A stretch of DNA of 64,000 nt, from positions 45,416 through 109,415 of the forward strand of contig JBCBZT010000025.1 of assembly GCA_039815185.1 (NCBI GenBank). Direction: 5' to 3'. The translations under genes and the position numbers were made by a program. Below, piece by piece: positions 27,128 to 36,766 of this stretch (positions are counted from its first letter, which is position 1; every line of letters begins with the position of its first letter). The notes under the pieces are model-generated. The model was given only the letters and a program-made list of their open reading frames with translations, was not told the DNA's origin and searched no databases. This DNA comes from Cyanobacteria bacterium P01_A01_bin.123. Lineage in GTDB: Bacteria; Cyanobacteriota; Cyanobacteriia; Phormidesmidales; Phormidesmidaceae.

Positions 27128-27763
27128 ATGGGCAAAGGTGACAAAACTCGACAAGACATTCTTCAAAAGGTAGTCGTTCTGTTTAATGAAAAGGGCTATG
27201 CGGCAACCTCAATGCAAGATATTACGACGGTCACAGGTGTTCAACGCGGGGGCATCTACAACCATTTTGCCAGCAAAGAAGAACTTGCCCTAGCTAGTTT
27301 CGAGTATGCTTGCTCGGTGCTGGCAAAATGCTTAATCCGGGGTGTCCGTCCTCAAAAAACCGCCGTTGGGCGATTGAACGCGATCGCTAGCAGTTTTGTC
27401 GAACTCTACACTCAAAATCCGCTGTTTCCGTTTGGTTGCCAGGTAATGAATACGACAGTCGAAGCAAAGCGCCAGATGCTACCGCTGCGTCAAAAAGCGC
27501 AGGAGGCCATGAACCAGCTTAAACAACTGATTACTGACACAACGCTGCGAGGCATTGAGCAAGCTGAACTCTTAGGGCCAACCAACCCTAATGCCGTGGC
27601 GGCGGTCTTTATCTCTACTTTAGAAGGCGCAATGCTGTTAAGCGTTTTGTATGATGATCCGACTTATCTGGATCATGCGGTCAACCACCTCCATTGGTAT
27701 GTTGAAACCCTATCAGTGAACCCAAATCCCACCTTAAAAGTTCTGGACGTGGAAACAGTTTAG
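27128..27763 (+). CDS. TetR/AcrR family transcriptional regulator
   Basis: N-terminal HTH F.EKGYAATSMQDI...GV.RGGIYNHFASKEEL; GCQVMN C-terminal motif. Confidence 0.93.
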   Translation: MGKGDKTRQDILQKVVVLFNEKGYAATSMQDITTVTGVQRGGIYNHFASKEELALASFEYACSVLAKCLIRGVRPQKTAVGRLNAIASSFVELYTQNPLFPFGCQVMNTTVEAKRQMLPLRQKAQEAMNQLKQLITDTTLRGIEQAELLGPTNPNAVAAVFISTLEGAMLLSVLYDDPTYLDHAVNHLHWYVETLSVNPNPTLKVLDVETV

Positions 27764-27800
27764 AACGCTAAACTTGTGTCAACTCGACTTCGTTTGGCTT

Positions 27801-28574
27801 ATGCCCTCACCGTTCCCTGGAATGGATCCCTACCTAGAAGGTTACCTTTGGCCGGATGTGCATAATGCTCTGGCAGCAAAAATTCGACAGCAGCTAGCGC
27901 CTCAGCTTCAACCCCGTTACGTGGCTCGATTAGAAATTTATGTTGTCGAAGACGAATTTCCAGAGAATGAGGTTGGCATTCTTTACCCAGATGTAGAAGT
28001 CATGCAAAGAAAGCAGGCTCAGACATCACCTGCTCTAAAATCGACTGGGAATCTTGCCATTACGCCTGCACCATTGACGCTGCCATTCCTCAGCTCCATT
28101 CCGGTCAGAATTCCTACGGTTGAAATTCGAGACACACGGGAGAACCTTTTAGTCACCTGTATTGAGATTCTCTCGCCCGTTAATAAACGGAATCCTGGTT
28201 TAACGCGTTATCGCCAAAAGCGACAACGACTACATCAAGCAGGGGTTCACCTCTTAGAAATTGACTTTTTACGCCGGGGACAGCGCCCCTTTGCCATTCA
28301 AAAATTGCCATCTGTTGCCTATGTGGTGGCGTTAACCCGCGCAGAGCAGAATCTCATGGAGATTTGGCCGCTGCGGTTGCCAGATCCGTTGCCTATTGTC
28401 CCAGTGCCCTTAAAAGATGACGATCCAGATGCCGCTTTAGATTTGCCTGAGGCACTAACGGCAATCTACGAGGAAGCGTTTTACCGGCTTTCCATTGATT
28501 ATGCCCAGGCCCCACCGCCTCCAGACTTGTCGGAATTTGAGCTTGGCTGGATAAAGGATTTGGTCAGTCAATAG
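27801..28574 (+). CDS. DUF4058 family protein (PD-(D/E)xK-like)
   Basis: MPSPFPGMDPYLE start; IEILSPVNK; HLLEIDFLRRG. Confidence 0.85.
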   Translation: MPSPFPGMDPYLEGYLWPDVHNALAAKIRQQLAPQLQPRYVARLEIYVVEDEFPENEVGILYPDVEVMQRKQAQTSPALKSTGNLAITPAPLTLPFLSSIPVRIPTVEIRDTRENLLVTCIEILSPVNKRNPGLTRYRQKRQRLHQAGVHLLEIDFLRRGQRPFAIQKLPSVAYVVALTRAEQNLMEIWPLRLPDPLPIVPVPLKDDDPDAALDLPEALTAIYEEAFYRLSIDYAQAPPPPDLSEFELGWIKDLVSQ

Positions 28575-28624
28575 TTGAAGTTGATCTGGAGCAGAACAGC
28601 CAAAACCTGAAAAGTTAACTGACT

Positions 28625-28810
28625 TCAATTCCTGCTCACTGCGATTGAGGTCTTTTGCTGTTCGCGGCGTTCCTGTAGTGCCTTATCAATCAATTTGCCA
28701 ACTAGCCAAGAGACCGAGCGCTCGTCAGCCTCTGCCCACGCTTCCAGCTCTTTTTTCGACTCTGGAGGAATGTAAGCAACCACTCTGTCTAAGTCTGTTT
28801 TGCCGCCCAT
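28625..28810 (-). CDS. Ribbon-helix-helix (CopG/Arc-like) DNA-binding protein
   Basis: RVVAYIPPESKKELEAWAEADERSVSWLVGKLIDKAL fits a beta-helix-helix pattern. Confidence 0.8.
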   Translation of the reverse strand: MGGKTDLDRVVAYIPPESKKELEAWAEADERSVSWLVGKLIDKALQERREQQKTSIAVSRN

Positions 28811-28870
28811 ATTTACGTCTTACCTTGCTGTTGCTTGACTCCAGCATACAAGCTACCTGCTGATCTGCAC

Positions 28871-28907
28871 TTTGCTATGCCGTGCTGTGCTAGCATGGCA
28901 TAGCAAA
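28871..28907. promoter_or_regulatory. 37-bp palindrome, putative operator between the RHH gene and map
   Basis: TTTGCTATGCCGTGCT-gtgct-AGCATGGCATAGCAAA: 16-bp arms with 1 mismatch. Confidence 0.65.
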
Positions 28908-28926
28908 ACATTCAGAAACTCCAGCC

Positions 28927-29763
28927 ATGACCCTTCAAAATTTGCCTACGATCACGACGAATCAGAAATCCAATCCAGGCCAACAGCGCAGTCACTCAGG
29001 ACTTGTCTTGCTTTCAGCCAGAGAACTCAACAAAATGCGTCGGGTCGGAAAACTCGCTGCAACGCTGCTCAACCATCTTGAACCCATGGTGCAACCCGGT
29101 GTCAGCACCCAAGCTTTAAATGATGAAGCCGCCCGCTGGATGCAGGCCCATGGTGCCATTAGTGCCACACTAGGCTATGCCCCACCGGGTTATCCGCCGT
29201 TCCAGGGTTCCATCTGCACCAGCATTAATGACGTGGTCTGTCATGGCATTCCCCATGCCAAACAAATCCTAAAGGATGGCGATATCATCAACATCGATGT
29301 TACGCCGATTCTAGATGGCTATCACGGTGATACCTCTAGAACATTTGGGGTGGGTAATGTATCTGCCAAGGCTCGAAAACTCGTCGAGGTGACTCAGGCA
29401 GCCATGATGCGGGGCATTGCCGCAATCAAACCCGGAGCCAGAATTGGAGATATTGGGGCTGCGATTGAAACCTACGCTGAGGCCCATGGATTCTCAGTGG
29501 TTCGAGAGATGGTGGGTCATGGCGTCGGCAGGCAGTTTCATGCCGAACCGCAAGTTCCTCACTTCGGTCAGCCCGGACGAGGATTGAAACTCCGACCAGG
29601 CATGGTTTTTACAGTTGAACCGATGCTCAATGAAGGAACTCGGGAGCTTAAGTTTTTAGCCGATGGCTGGACTGTGATCACAAAAGACCGAAAACGCTCT
29701 GCCCAGTTTGAACATACGGTTGCAGTTACTCAGAACGGTGTAGAAATTCTGACGCTGGCTTAA
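28927..29763 (+). CDS. map: Type I methionine aminopeptidase
   Basis: CTSINDVVCHGIP, DIINIDVT, HGDTSRT, GHGVG..FH, TVEPM, SAQFEHT. Confidence 0.95.
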   Translation: MTLQNLPTITTNQKSNPGQQRSHSGLVLLSARELNKMRRVGKLAATLLNHLEPMVQPGVSTQALNDEAARWMQAHGAISATLGYAPPGYPPFQGSICTSINDVVCHGIPHAKQILKDGDIINIDVTPILDGYHGDTSRTFGVGNVSAKARKLVEVTQAAMMRGIAAIKPGARIGDIGAAIETYAEAHGFSVVREMVGHGVGRQFHAEPQVPHFGQPGRGLKLRPGMVFTVEPMLNEGTRELKFLADGWTVITKDRKRSAQFEHTVAVTQNGVEILTLA

Positions 29764-29797
29764 TCCACCAAGGGCCAACTCATCGACGTTATCAGCA

Positions 29798-30460
29798 TTA
29801 GTGAATCACCAAGCCGTCTTGAATTCTAATTTGTCGCTTGGCTTGGGCAGCTACCTCGGTCTCATGGGTGATGATTACGATGGTGATGTCTTGTTGATTA
29901 AGTTCGTGAAACAATGCCATCACTTCTTGAGACGTGTGAGTATCTAGTGCCCCGGTCGGTTCGTCTGCCAATAGCAGGGCGGGTTGATTGACTAACGCAC
30001 GGGCGATCGCGACCCGCTGCTGCTGCCCACCCGAGAGTTGACTGGGACGGTTAGACAAGCGATCGCCGAGACCGACTTTAGTCAACGCAGCTTTGGCTCG
30101 GTGACGGCGTTCTGCTTTAGGGACTCCCGCATAAACCATCGGCAACATGACATTTTCTAGGGCAGTAGCTCGCGGCAGTAAGTTGAACTGCTGAAACACA
30201 AAACCAATCTTTTGATTGCGCATGTAGGCTAACTCATCTTTAGCAAGGGTGGTCAGGTCGCGGCCTTCCAGATGATATATCCCTGATGTGGGTCGATCTA
30301 AGCAGCCAATGATATTCATTAGCGTGGATTTTCCAGACCCAGACATGCCCATGATGGAGACATATTCACCGGCTGAAATATCTAAATCAATTCCCTTTAA
30401 AATCAAGACACTTGATTCACCAAGCTGATAGCGTTTGGTGATATTTTCCATTTTGATCAT
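29798..30460 (-). CDS. ABC transporter ATP-binding protein (MacB/LolD-like)
   Basis: GMSGSGKST, LSGGQQQRVAIARAL, LLADEPTG. Confidence 0.95.
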   Translation of the reverse strand: MIKMENITKRYQLGESSVLILKGIDLDISAGEYVSIMGMSGSGKSTLMNIIGCLDRPTSGIYHLEGRDLTTLAKDELAYMRNQKIGFVFQQFNLLPRATALENVMLPMVYAGVPKAERRHRAKAALTKVGLGDRLSNRPSQLSGGQQQRVAIARALVNQPALLLADEPTGALDTHTSQEVMALFHELNQQDITIVIITHETEVAAQAKRQIRIQDGLVIH

Positions 30461-30516
30461 GGCTATCAATTTTGGATTTTGGACTTCATCGTGAGCGCTC
30501 AGTCGAACGATGATGA

Positions 30517-31815
30517 TTAATCACTTCTTAGGGCAACAATGGGATCAAGTTTGGAGGCATTGCGAGCTGGGATGACGCCAGCGACTAACCCGGTAGCACT
30601 TGACAACCCAAAACCCACGATCACTGCACTGCTCGACACCACAAAGGGGAAGCCAAAGGCAATCGCAGCAATGAAGGTAATCCCAATTCCCGTAACAATG
30701 CCAATACCGCCACCAATCACAGAAATCACAACAGATTCGGTTAAAAATTGGCTGAGGACATCGCGATCCGTGGCACCCAATGCCTTGCGAATGCCAATTT
30801 CGCGGGTGCGTTCAACTACAGAAACAAGCATGATGTTGGCAATGCCAATGCCGCCGACCACTAGCGATATGCCCGCGATCGCCACAATCATAGTTGTCAG
30901 CAAGCCCAACACCGTTGACAGCGTTTCTAGAATATCTGCTTGATTAGTAATGCGGAAATCATCGTCTTCTGGTGATGCAATGTCATGGCGAAGCCGCAAA
31001 ATATTCTCGACCTGAAACTTCACAATTTCCAGTTGATCTTCATCTTCGCCTTTAACGTAAATCCCATTCACAGAAACCCCCATCAACGAGTTATTGCCGA
31101 TAATTCGAGCTGACATACTGGTTAGGGGAATATAAACGGCATCATCGCGATCCATGGGACCTTGCGAACCTTTGGCCTCCATCACCCCAATCACGTCATA
31201 AATCTCCCCCTGAATCCGAATCTTTTGGCCAACGGGATCGACATTGGCAGAAAACAGATTTTCCTGAACGGTGGGTGCAATCACGACTACCGATGCAGAC
31301 GTTTCTAGCTCCGCTTGGGTAAAAAAGCGGCCCTGAGCTGGGAACGTGTTGCGCGCCTCAGGATGGCTTAAGTCGGTTCCGTAGACTGTGGTTGAGGTAT
31401 TGTTCTCGCCATACACAACTTGGGTATTGCGTTGTAGATAGGCCGAAACCACGGTTGCAGAGGGGGCTTGTTCCGCGATCGCTTGGGCATCTTCCCACGT
31501 GAGTGTTGTGATTGACCCTTGTCCCTGACTAATGCCACCACTTTCAGCCGAACCCGCCATCACCTGCAATACATCAGTTCCCAAGCTGCGAATGCTCTCT
31601 TCTGTCGATTTTTGAATGCCTTGGCCAATTGAGGTCAGCGAAATGACTGACCCAATACCGATAATGACCCCCAGCATAGTCAGACCACTGCGGAGCTTAT
31701 TACTCCAGAGGGCTTCCACCGCCATTTCGGCTATTTCTAATTTGGAAACGTGGTGGGATTTTTGAGTCGATGGGGGAGGCTGTTGTGCTGACGTATTTTC
31801 TGTTGATAAAGCCAT
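30517..31815 (-). CDS. MacB/FtsX-type ABC permease
   Basis: LRSGLTMLGVIIG, VGGIGIANIMLVSVVERTREIGIRKALGA, LDPIVALR. Confidence 0.95.
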   Translation of the reverse strand: MALSTENTSAQQPPPSTQKSHHVSKLEIAEMAVEALWSNKLRSGLTMLGVIIGIGSVISLTSIGQGIQKSTEESIRSLGTDVLQVMAGSAESGGISQGQGSITTLTWEDAQAIAEQAPSATVVSAYLQRNTQVVYGENNTSTTVYGTDLSHPEARNTFPAQGRFFTQAELETSASVVVIAPTVQENLFSANVDPVGQKIRIQGEIYDVIGVMEAKGSQGPMDRDDAVYIPLTSMSARIIGNNSLMGVSVNGIYVKGEDEDQLEIVKFQVENILRLRHDIASPEDDDFRITNQADILETLSTVLGLLTTMIVAIAGISLVVGGIGIANIMLVSVVERTREIGIRKALGATDRDVLSQFLTESVVISVIGGGIGIVTGIGITFIAAIAFGFPFVVSSSAVIVGFGLSSATGLVAGVIPARNASKLDPIVALRSD

Positions 31816-31847
31816 GGTTGATGTCTGCTCCTTGGAATTGACTGAAT

Positions 31848-33362
31848 CTACTCGGGTGCAGGCGGGAAATTGAATCCACGCTCTTCCTGTGCCTCTGTTG
31901 AGGGTGGGCTGATTAAGACTTGCTCATCCCCTTCAAGTCCTGATTTCACCTCTGTTTGGCCTCCGGCAGTTGCGCCAGTTTCAATGGCTTGAAAGACAGG
32001 CTCGCGATCGTGCCCCAAAATATAAACGCCTTCACCATCGGGTCTTCGAACCACAGCAGCATTTGGTACTAGCAGCGCATTGTCTAAACTGTCCACCTCA
32101 AATTCTGCTTCCACGTTCATGCCAATCTTTAATTTTTCGGCCGCAGGTAGGTCGATTGACACCCGCACCTCAAAACTGGTGACGTTTTGGCTCACCGTGG
32201 CTTGGGCGGCAATCAATTCAACCCTGCCGGTAAATTCTTCGCCCGGAAATGCATCCGCTTTAAATACGACAGATTGCCCCGGTTCAACTCGGGCAATTTG
32301 AGATTCTGGGAGATTCACCACAACTTGATTGCGGGCACTTGAGAGCAGCAAAATGGACGATGATGAATCCGATTCACTACCCCCACCCGCCATGGACGGA
32401 CTAACGAAAGACCCTACCTCTGCATAAATTTGGGTGATGATGCCATCGAAAGGGGCCACCACGCGGGTGTCGTTGAGTTGGGCCTCAACGGTTTGCAATG
32501 ACCCTTCAGCAGACCGCACCTGAGCCCGAGCTTGCTCAATATCTTCTGAACGCGTCCCAGCTCTGAGTGCAGCAACGGTTTGTCGTTGTTGTTCAACTCG
32601 CGCTGCAGATTGCTCAATTTGCTCAGATCGGGTGCCAGCATTTTGTAGGGCTAACGCCTCTTCTGCCTCGATCACCTGGGCATCGGCCACATCTCGATCG
32701 GTGCGTTTTTGGTCTAACTCTTCCCGCGAAATTGCCCCTTCACTGTAAAGCCTTTCATAGCGCTGAAGATCGGTCGCGCGCTGCTGTAGGGTAGCCTCTG
32801 CCTGCTGCAGGCGAGCAGAGGCTTGGGCGATGTCTTGGGCGCGATTACCCGATTGCATTTCCTGTAAGTTTGCCTCGGCCTCAGCCAGTTGGGCCTCTGC
32901 TTTGGCGATATCCTCTGGGCGATCGCCGGCAATCAGCCGGTCTAAGTTTGCGTTCTGCTGTGCCAACTGTCCTTCCATTTGCAGGAGTTCTCCGCTTAGG
33001 TTGGAGTCATCCATCATGGCAATGACCTGATCTTTTTCAACGCGATCGCCCTCTTCTACCAGCAAGTTTTCAATCACCCCCGAGTTTTTAGGACTGAGGT
33101 TAATCGACTGCGCCGGATCGACTGTGCCATTGGCCGTGATGACCACGGGAACTGTTTTGCGTTCAACAGATTGGGTTAACACTTCCGTTTGGGATGACCG
33201 GCCACCCGTGATTAGCGTCATGCCAAACCGGAGACCCAAGAGCAACAAGACCGGCACCACAAACCTGAGCCACTTATTCCGGTTTAGCGATAGCTTTTTA
33301 GGCCAAGTTAGTTTTGACGGCAAGATCAATGAAAAATTAGACCGCACAATTGTTCTCCTCAA
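31848..33362 (-). CDS. Efflux periplasmic adaptor (HlyD/MacA-like MFP)
   Basis: TM anchor, VEEGDRV lipoyl half, long coiled coil, APFDGII, LLVPNAAV. Start codon uncertain. Confidence 0.9.
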   Translation of the reverse strand: MRRTIVRSNFSLILPSKLTWPKKLSLNRNKWLRFVVPVLLLLGLRFGMTLITGGRSSQTEVLTQSVERKTVPVVITANGTVDPAQSINLSPKNSGVIENLLVEEGDRVEKDQVIAMMDDSNLSGELLQMEGQLAQQNANLDRLIAGDRPEDIAKAEAQLAEAEANLQEMQSGNRAQDIAQASARLQQAEATLQQRATDLQRYERLYSEGAISREELDQKRTDRDVADAQVIEAEEALALQNAGTRSEQIEQSAARVEQQRQTVAALRAGTRSEDIEQARAQVRSAEGSLQTVEAQLNDTRVVAPFDGIITQIYAEVGSFVSPSMAGGGSESDSSSSILLLSSARNQVVVNLPESQIARVEPGQSVVFKADAFPGEEFTGRVELIAAQATVSQNVTSFEVRVSIDLPAAEKLKIGMNVEAEFEVDSLDNALLVPNAAVVRRPDGEGVYILGHDREPVFQAIETGATAGGQTEVKSGLEGDEQVLISPPSTEAQEERGFNFPPAPE

Positions 33363-33561
33363 AATGGCCAGATTGCTGACTGTAACCAGTATCGATAGTG
33401 AGTGATTACTTACTTATTAACTTGCATCTCTTAAATCGTCAAGCCCAAAGTTTGCATGAAGTCTAAATTTGAATGGCGTCTGAATAATGTGGATTTCCCT
33501 ACTGGGCAGCTTCACGGCTAATTCGGCAGAATCTTTCTAAACTCCTCCTCGCTGCAGAATT

Positions 33562-34605
33562 ATGAACGTTAAGCCCCAGCTTATTTCAGACACTAATCAA
33601 CCCAGAAATTCCCCACCTTCCGATGGGCATGAGGACAGCTATGACGAGGTGCTCCTTGATGCCTATTCACGGTCGGTCACCCACGTGGTTGAAACCGTCA
33701 GTCCAGCCGTTGTCAATATTGAGGTTCGTCGTCTGCGATTGAGAGCCGATATGCGCCGCCCCTTAGAAACGGGGGGCAACGGGTCTGGCTTTATCTTTAC
33801 GCCAGATGGCTACATCCTGACGAACAGCCATGTAGTCCACAATACGGATGTGATCGATGTCACGCTAGCAGACGGACAGCAGTACCGAGCTGAACTGATT
33901 GGCGATGATCCGGATACCGATCTGGCGATTATTCGCATTGCTGGCGCAGATTTTACCCATGCAGCCCTCGGCAACTCCAATTCGCTGCGGGCTGGGCAGT
34001 TGGTGATTGCGATTGGCAATCCGCTGGGATTTCAGTGTACGGTTACCGCTGGTGTGGTGAGTGCATTGGGGCGATCGTTTCGCTCCAAAACCGGACGGCT
34101 AATCGACAACGTGATTCAAACCGATGCGGCGCTCAATCCTGGTAACTCGGGTGGGCCCCTGGTGAATTCTCGAGGGCAGGTGATTGGTGTGAATACAGCG
34201 GTAATTCAAGCTGCCCAGGGCATCTGTTTTGCGACGCCAATTGAGACTGCCAAGCGAGTGATTGGGCCGTTGATGCAGATGGGTCGAGTCCGTCGAGGTC
34301 GGATTGGTGTTGGGGGGCAAACGGTGCCGTTGCCACAGCGGTTGGTTCGTGCCCATCAGTTAACAGCAGAGAGTGGGGTTTTGGTGACCTGGTTGGAGTC
34401 GGGCAGTCCGGCTGAAAGGGCTGGGGTACGCGATCGCGATGTGATTGTTGCCTTCTCTGGAGAAGCCGTCAGCAATGTCGATGATCTACATCGGCTATTA
34501 ACGGAGAAAACCATTGGCGTGCGATCGCGTTTGACCCTGATCCGTCAAGAGCAAACGTTGGACCTCAGTGTTGTCCCTACTGAATCATCGCTCCGCGCAG
34601 AGTAA
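33562..34605 (+). CDS. HtrA/DegP-like trypsin protease with one PDZ domain
   Basis: GSGFI, LTNSHVV, TDLA, IQTDAALNPGNSGGPL. Confidence 0.93.
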   Translation: MNVKPQLISDTNQPRNSPPSDGHEDSYDEVLLDAYSRSVTHVVETVSPAVVNIEVRRLRLRADMRRPLETGGNGSGFIFTPDGYILTNSHVVHNTDVIDVTLADGQQYRAELIGDDPDTDLAIIRIAGADFTHAALGNSNSLRAGQLVIAIGNPLGFQCTVTAGVVSALGRSFRSKTGRLIDNVIQTDAALNPGNSGGPLVNSRGQVIGVNTAVIQAAQGICFATPIETAKRVIGPLMQMGRVRRGRIGVGGQTVPLPQRLVRAHQLTAESGVLVTWLESGSPAERAGVRDRDVIVAFSGEAVSNVDDLHRLLTEKTIGVRSRLTLIRQEQTLDLSVVPTESSLRAE

Positions 34606-34628
34606 TGAGCTGCTTTGAGATGAGCCAT

Positions 34629-35249
34629 TTACGCTTTAGTTTTGAGTTGGTGCAAAATCCTGAGAACATCCCAAAGTTCATTGCGTCTTCGGTTCAAGGA
34701 AAAGTCATCGGAGAAAGCATATTGACCTTGATCTAGCTTGACAAAGATGGAGTATTCGCCATTGCTGACCAACCCAAACTTGGACCCTTCTTGAGTGCCA
34801 GATGCCATGTAGGCAAGTGCTTGAGGGAGTGCCGTCGTCATATTGAACGAGGTTCGCTTTGCCTCTACCAGCACAATCCATAAATTTCGCTGGACGATTA
34901 ATGCATCAATACGACCCTGATAAACCTGCTCGTTGTTATCTGCCCACTCAAACTGGACTGAGACTTCTGACCTGAGCAAAAATGGCGGATCATAGAACCC
35001 TGCTAGTTCCAGTAGCGGTGAGATAACGAGAAAATTGACGGCATTTTCTAGTAAATGCCCGTGCTGACGGTGATACAGATAACGACGCTTAAGCAGATCG
35101 AACCGTGCTTGCTCAGCATGGGTTAGGGGGTTGAGCGGAGCCGTCCATTCCGAAAAAAAGTTGGGATCAGAACTCGCAGTCATCCCATAGATACGCTCAG
35201 CTTCGGCAAGGCTGGTAATGTACTCGGTAACGGCTAACGGTTGAACCAT
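34629..35249 (-). CDS. Stand-alone HsdR-N-like PD-(D/E)xK nuclease-fold protein
   Basis: GRIDALIV...VLVEAKR...ALPQALAYM...GLVSNG. Confidence 0.75.
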   Translation of the reverse strand: MVQPLAVTEYITSLAEAERIYGMTASSDPNFFSEWTAPLNPLTHAEQARFDLLKRRYLYHRQHGHLLENAVNFLVISPLLELAGFYDPPFLLRSEVSVQFEWADNNEQVYQGRIDALIVQRNLWIVLVEAKRTSFNMTTALPQALAYMASGTQEGSKFGLVSNGEYSIFVKLDQGQYAFSDDFSLNRRRNELWDVLRILHQLKTKA

Positions 35250-35304
35250 CGCTACTAGATTGGCTGCCTGCAATCTTGAAGAACTTCCTCCTAGTGTTGA
35301 GCCC

Positions 35305-36426
35305 TCATTCAGGACTCAACACTAGGTTATCGCGATGAACCACGGTTTCAGCGCCAGCGTAGCCTAGGATGTGGGCAATCTTGTCGGAATGATGGCCGCG
35401 AATCTGTTGCAACTCGCTGTGGCTATAGTTCACGATACCGCGCGCAACTTCTTGCCCCTGAGCGCTGCAAAGCACCACCGCATCTTGCTGTTGAAATTCG
35501 CCTTCCACTTCGGAAATGCCTGCAGCGAGGAGGGATTTTCCCAACTGGCGAATGGCTTTGACTGCCCCAGGATCGAGGTAAAGACGGCCAGCGGGCATTA
35601 GGCTGTGGGCAATCCAGCGCTTGCGAGCATTGGGCAATTGAGGCTGGGCTGCAAACTGGGTGCCCAGGGGTTCTCCAGCCAAGATTGGGTGGATGTTGCT
35701 AGGCTGACGGCCCTCCGTGATCACAGTCCGGACGCCAGCGTTGGTGGCAATGCGGGCCGCTTCAATTTTGGTGACCATGCCGCCTGTGCCCCAGTTAGAA
35801 CCGCGATCGCCCACTTCAATTTTTAACTCAGCCAGTTGCTGCATCGTATCTACCAGGCTAATGGGTTTGGCATCAGGGTTAGAGCGGGGGTCAGCGGAAT
35901 ATAGCCGATCAACATCAGTGAGCAAGAACAGCCAATCTGCGCCAACCAAACTGGCAACCAGGGCCGACAAAGTATCGTTGTCACCAAACCTCAGTTCATC
36001 GATCGCAACCGTATCGTTTTCATTGACGATGGGGATCACGCCCAGCTTGAGCAATTGTCGGAAGGTGCGGTAGCTATTGACATAGCGCGATCGCTGCACC
36101 AAGTCACTCCGGGTCAGCAATACCTGGGCGATAGGTTGCCTTAACTCGGTAAACAGGTCATCGTAGGTTCGCATCAAGCGCCCCTGCCCCACCGCCGCTA
36201 CAGCCTGCTTCATAGCCATCGTGCGGGGGCGCTCTGTTAAGCCCAACCGGGCACAGCCCACCCCTACTGCGCCAGAGGAAACCAAAATTACCTGATGCCC
36301 TTGGCGAATTAAGCTACACAGGGTTTCGACCAAACTCGCGATCGTTGATAGAGCCAGATGCCCCGTATCGGGTCGGGTCAGGCTCGACGTACCAATCTTG
36401 ACGACAACGATTTTGGAAGTAACCAT
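35305..36426 (-). CDS. proB: Glutamate 5-kinase
   Basis: [39 protein letters not shown]-terminal PUA domain. Confidence 0.97.
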   Translation of the reverse strand: MVTSKIVVVKIGTSSLTRPDTGHLALSTIASLVETLCSLIRQGHQVILVSSGAVGVGCARLGLTERPRTMAMKQAVAAVGQGRLMRTYDDLFTELRQPIAQVLLTRSDLVQRSRYVNSYRTFRQLLKLGVIPIVNENDTVAIDELRFGDNDTLSALVASLVGADWLFLLTDVDRLYSADPRSNPDAKPISLVDTMQQLAELKIEVGDRGSNWGTGGMVTKIEAARIATNAGVRTVITEGRQPSNIHPILAGEPLGTQFAAQPQLPNARKRWIAHSLMPAGRLYLDPGAVKAIRQLGKSLLAAGISEVEGEFQQQDAVVLCSAQGQEVARGIVNYSHSELQQIRGHHSDKIAHILGYAGAETVVHRDNLVLSPE

Positions 36427-36463
36427 GGGTTTGGCAGCCTACGCGATCGCGAAAATATGCCCC

Positions 36464-36501
36464 AAAAAAACACCGGGGCAACCGCTATAGCCGTTGCCCC
36501 G
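36464..36501 (-). terminator. Rho-independent terminator upstream of proB
   Basis: The minus strand reads CGGGGCAAC-loop-GTTGCCCCG followed by GTG and T7. Confidence 0.75.
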
Positions 36502-36700
36502 CATATTTGTTTATTTATAAATTAGAGCCTTTATATTGGCTGGCTCCATTTGATATGTCAATGATCCTAGATATTTGCAGGTGATCCCCCAATCTATAAT
36601 GTTTTCTTCAGATTTAGTTTTCTTTCGATTAAAAGACATTCTCAAAGTTTTGTTGCAGACTCTCAGTCTCTTACTGTCGGAGAAGATTTCTAGTTGCGTT
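36464..36700 (-). ncRNA. Candidate small RNA in the yqeG-proB spacer (5' end uncertain)
   Basis: 340-bp spacer with no ORF in the track. It has a GAGCC..GGCTC hairpin, an A/U-rich linker and a strong terminator. Confidence 0.4.
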
Positions 36701-36766
36701 TTGAGTTTTAGATCCAGACTTCTGAATTTTGACTGATTCCTCCTCTCGCGTGCCCTTTACCCCTCA

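Noticed and set aside
27801..28810. DUF4058 plus RHH as a toxin-antitoxin pair
   Set aside because: The genes are convergent rather than operonic; the RHH gene is better explained by its divergent arrangement with map.
34629..35249. Type I restriction-modification or defence system
   Set aside because: Only a short nuclease-fold gene is present, with no hsdM, hsdS or helicase; such stand-alone genes are common in cyanobacteria.
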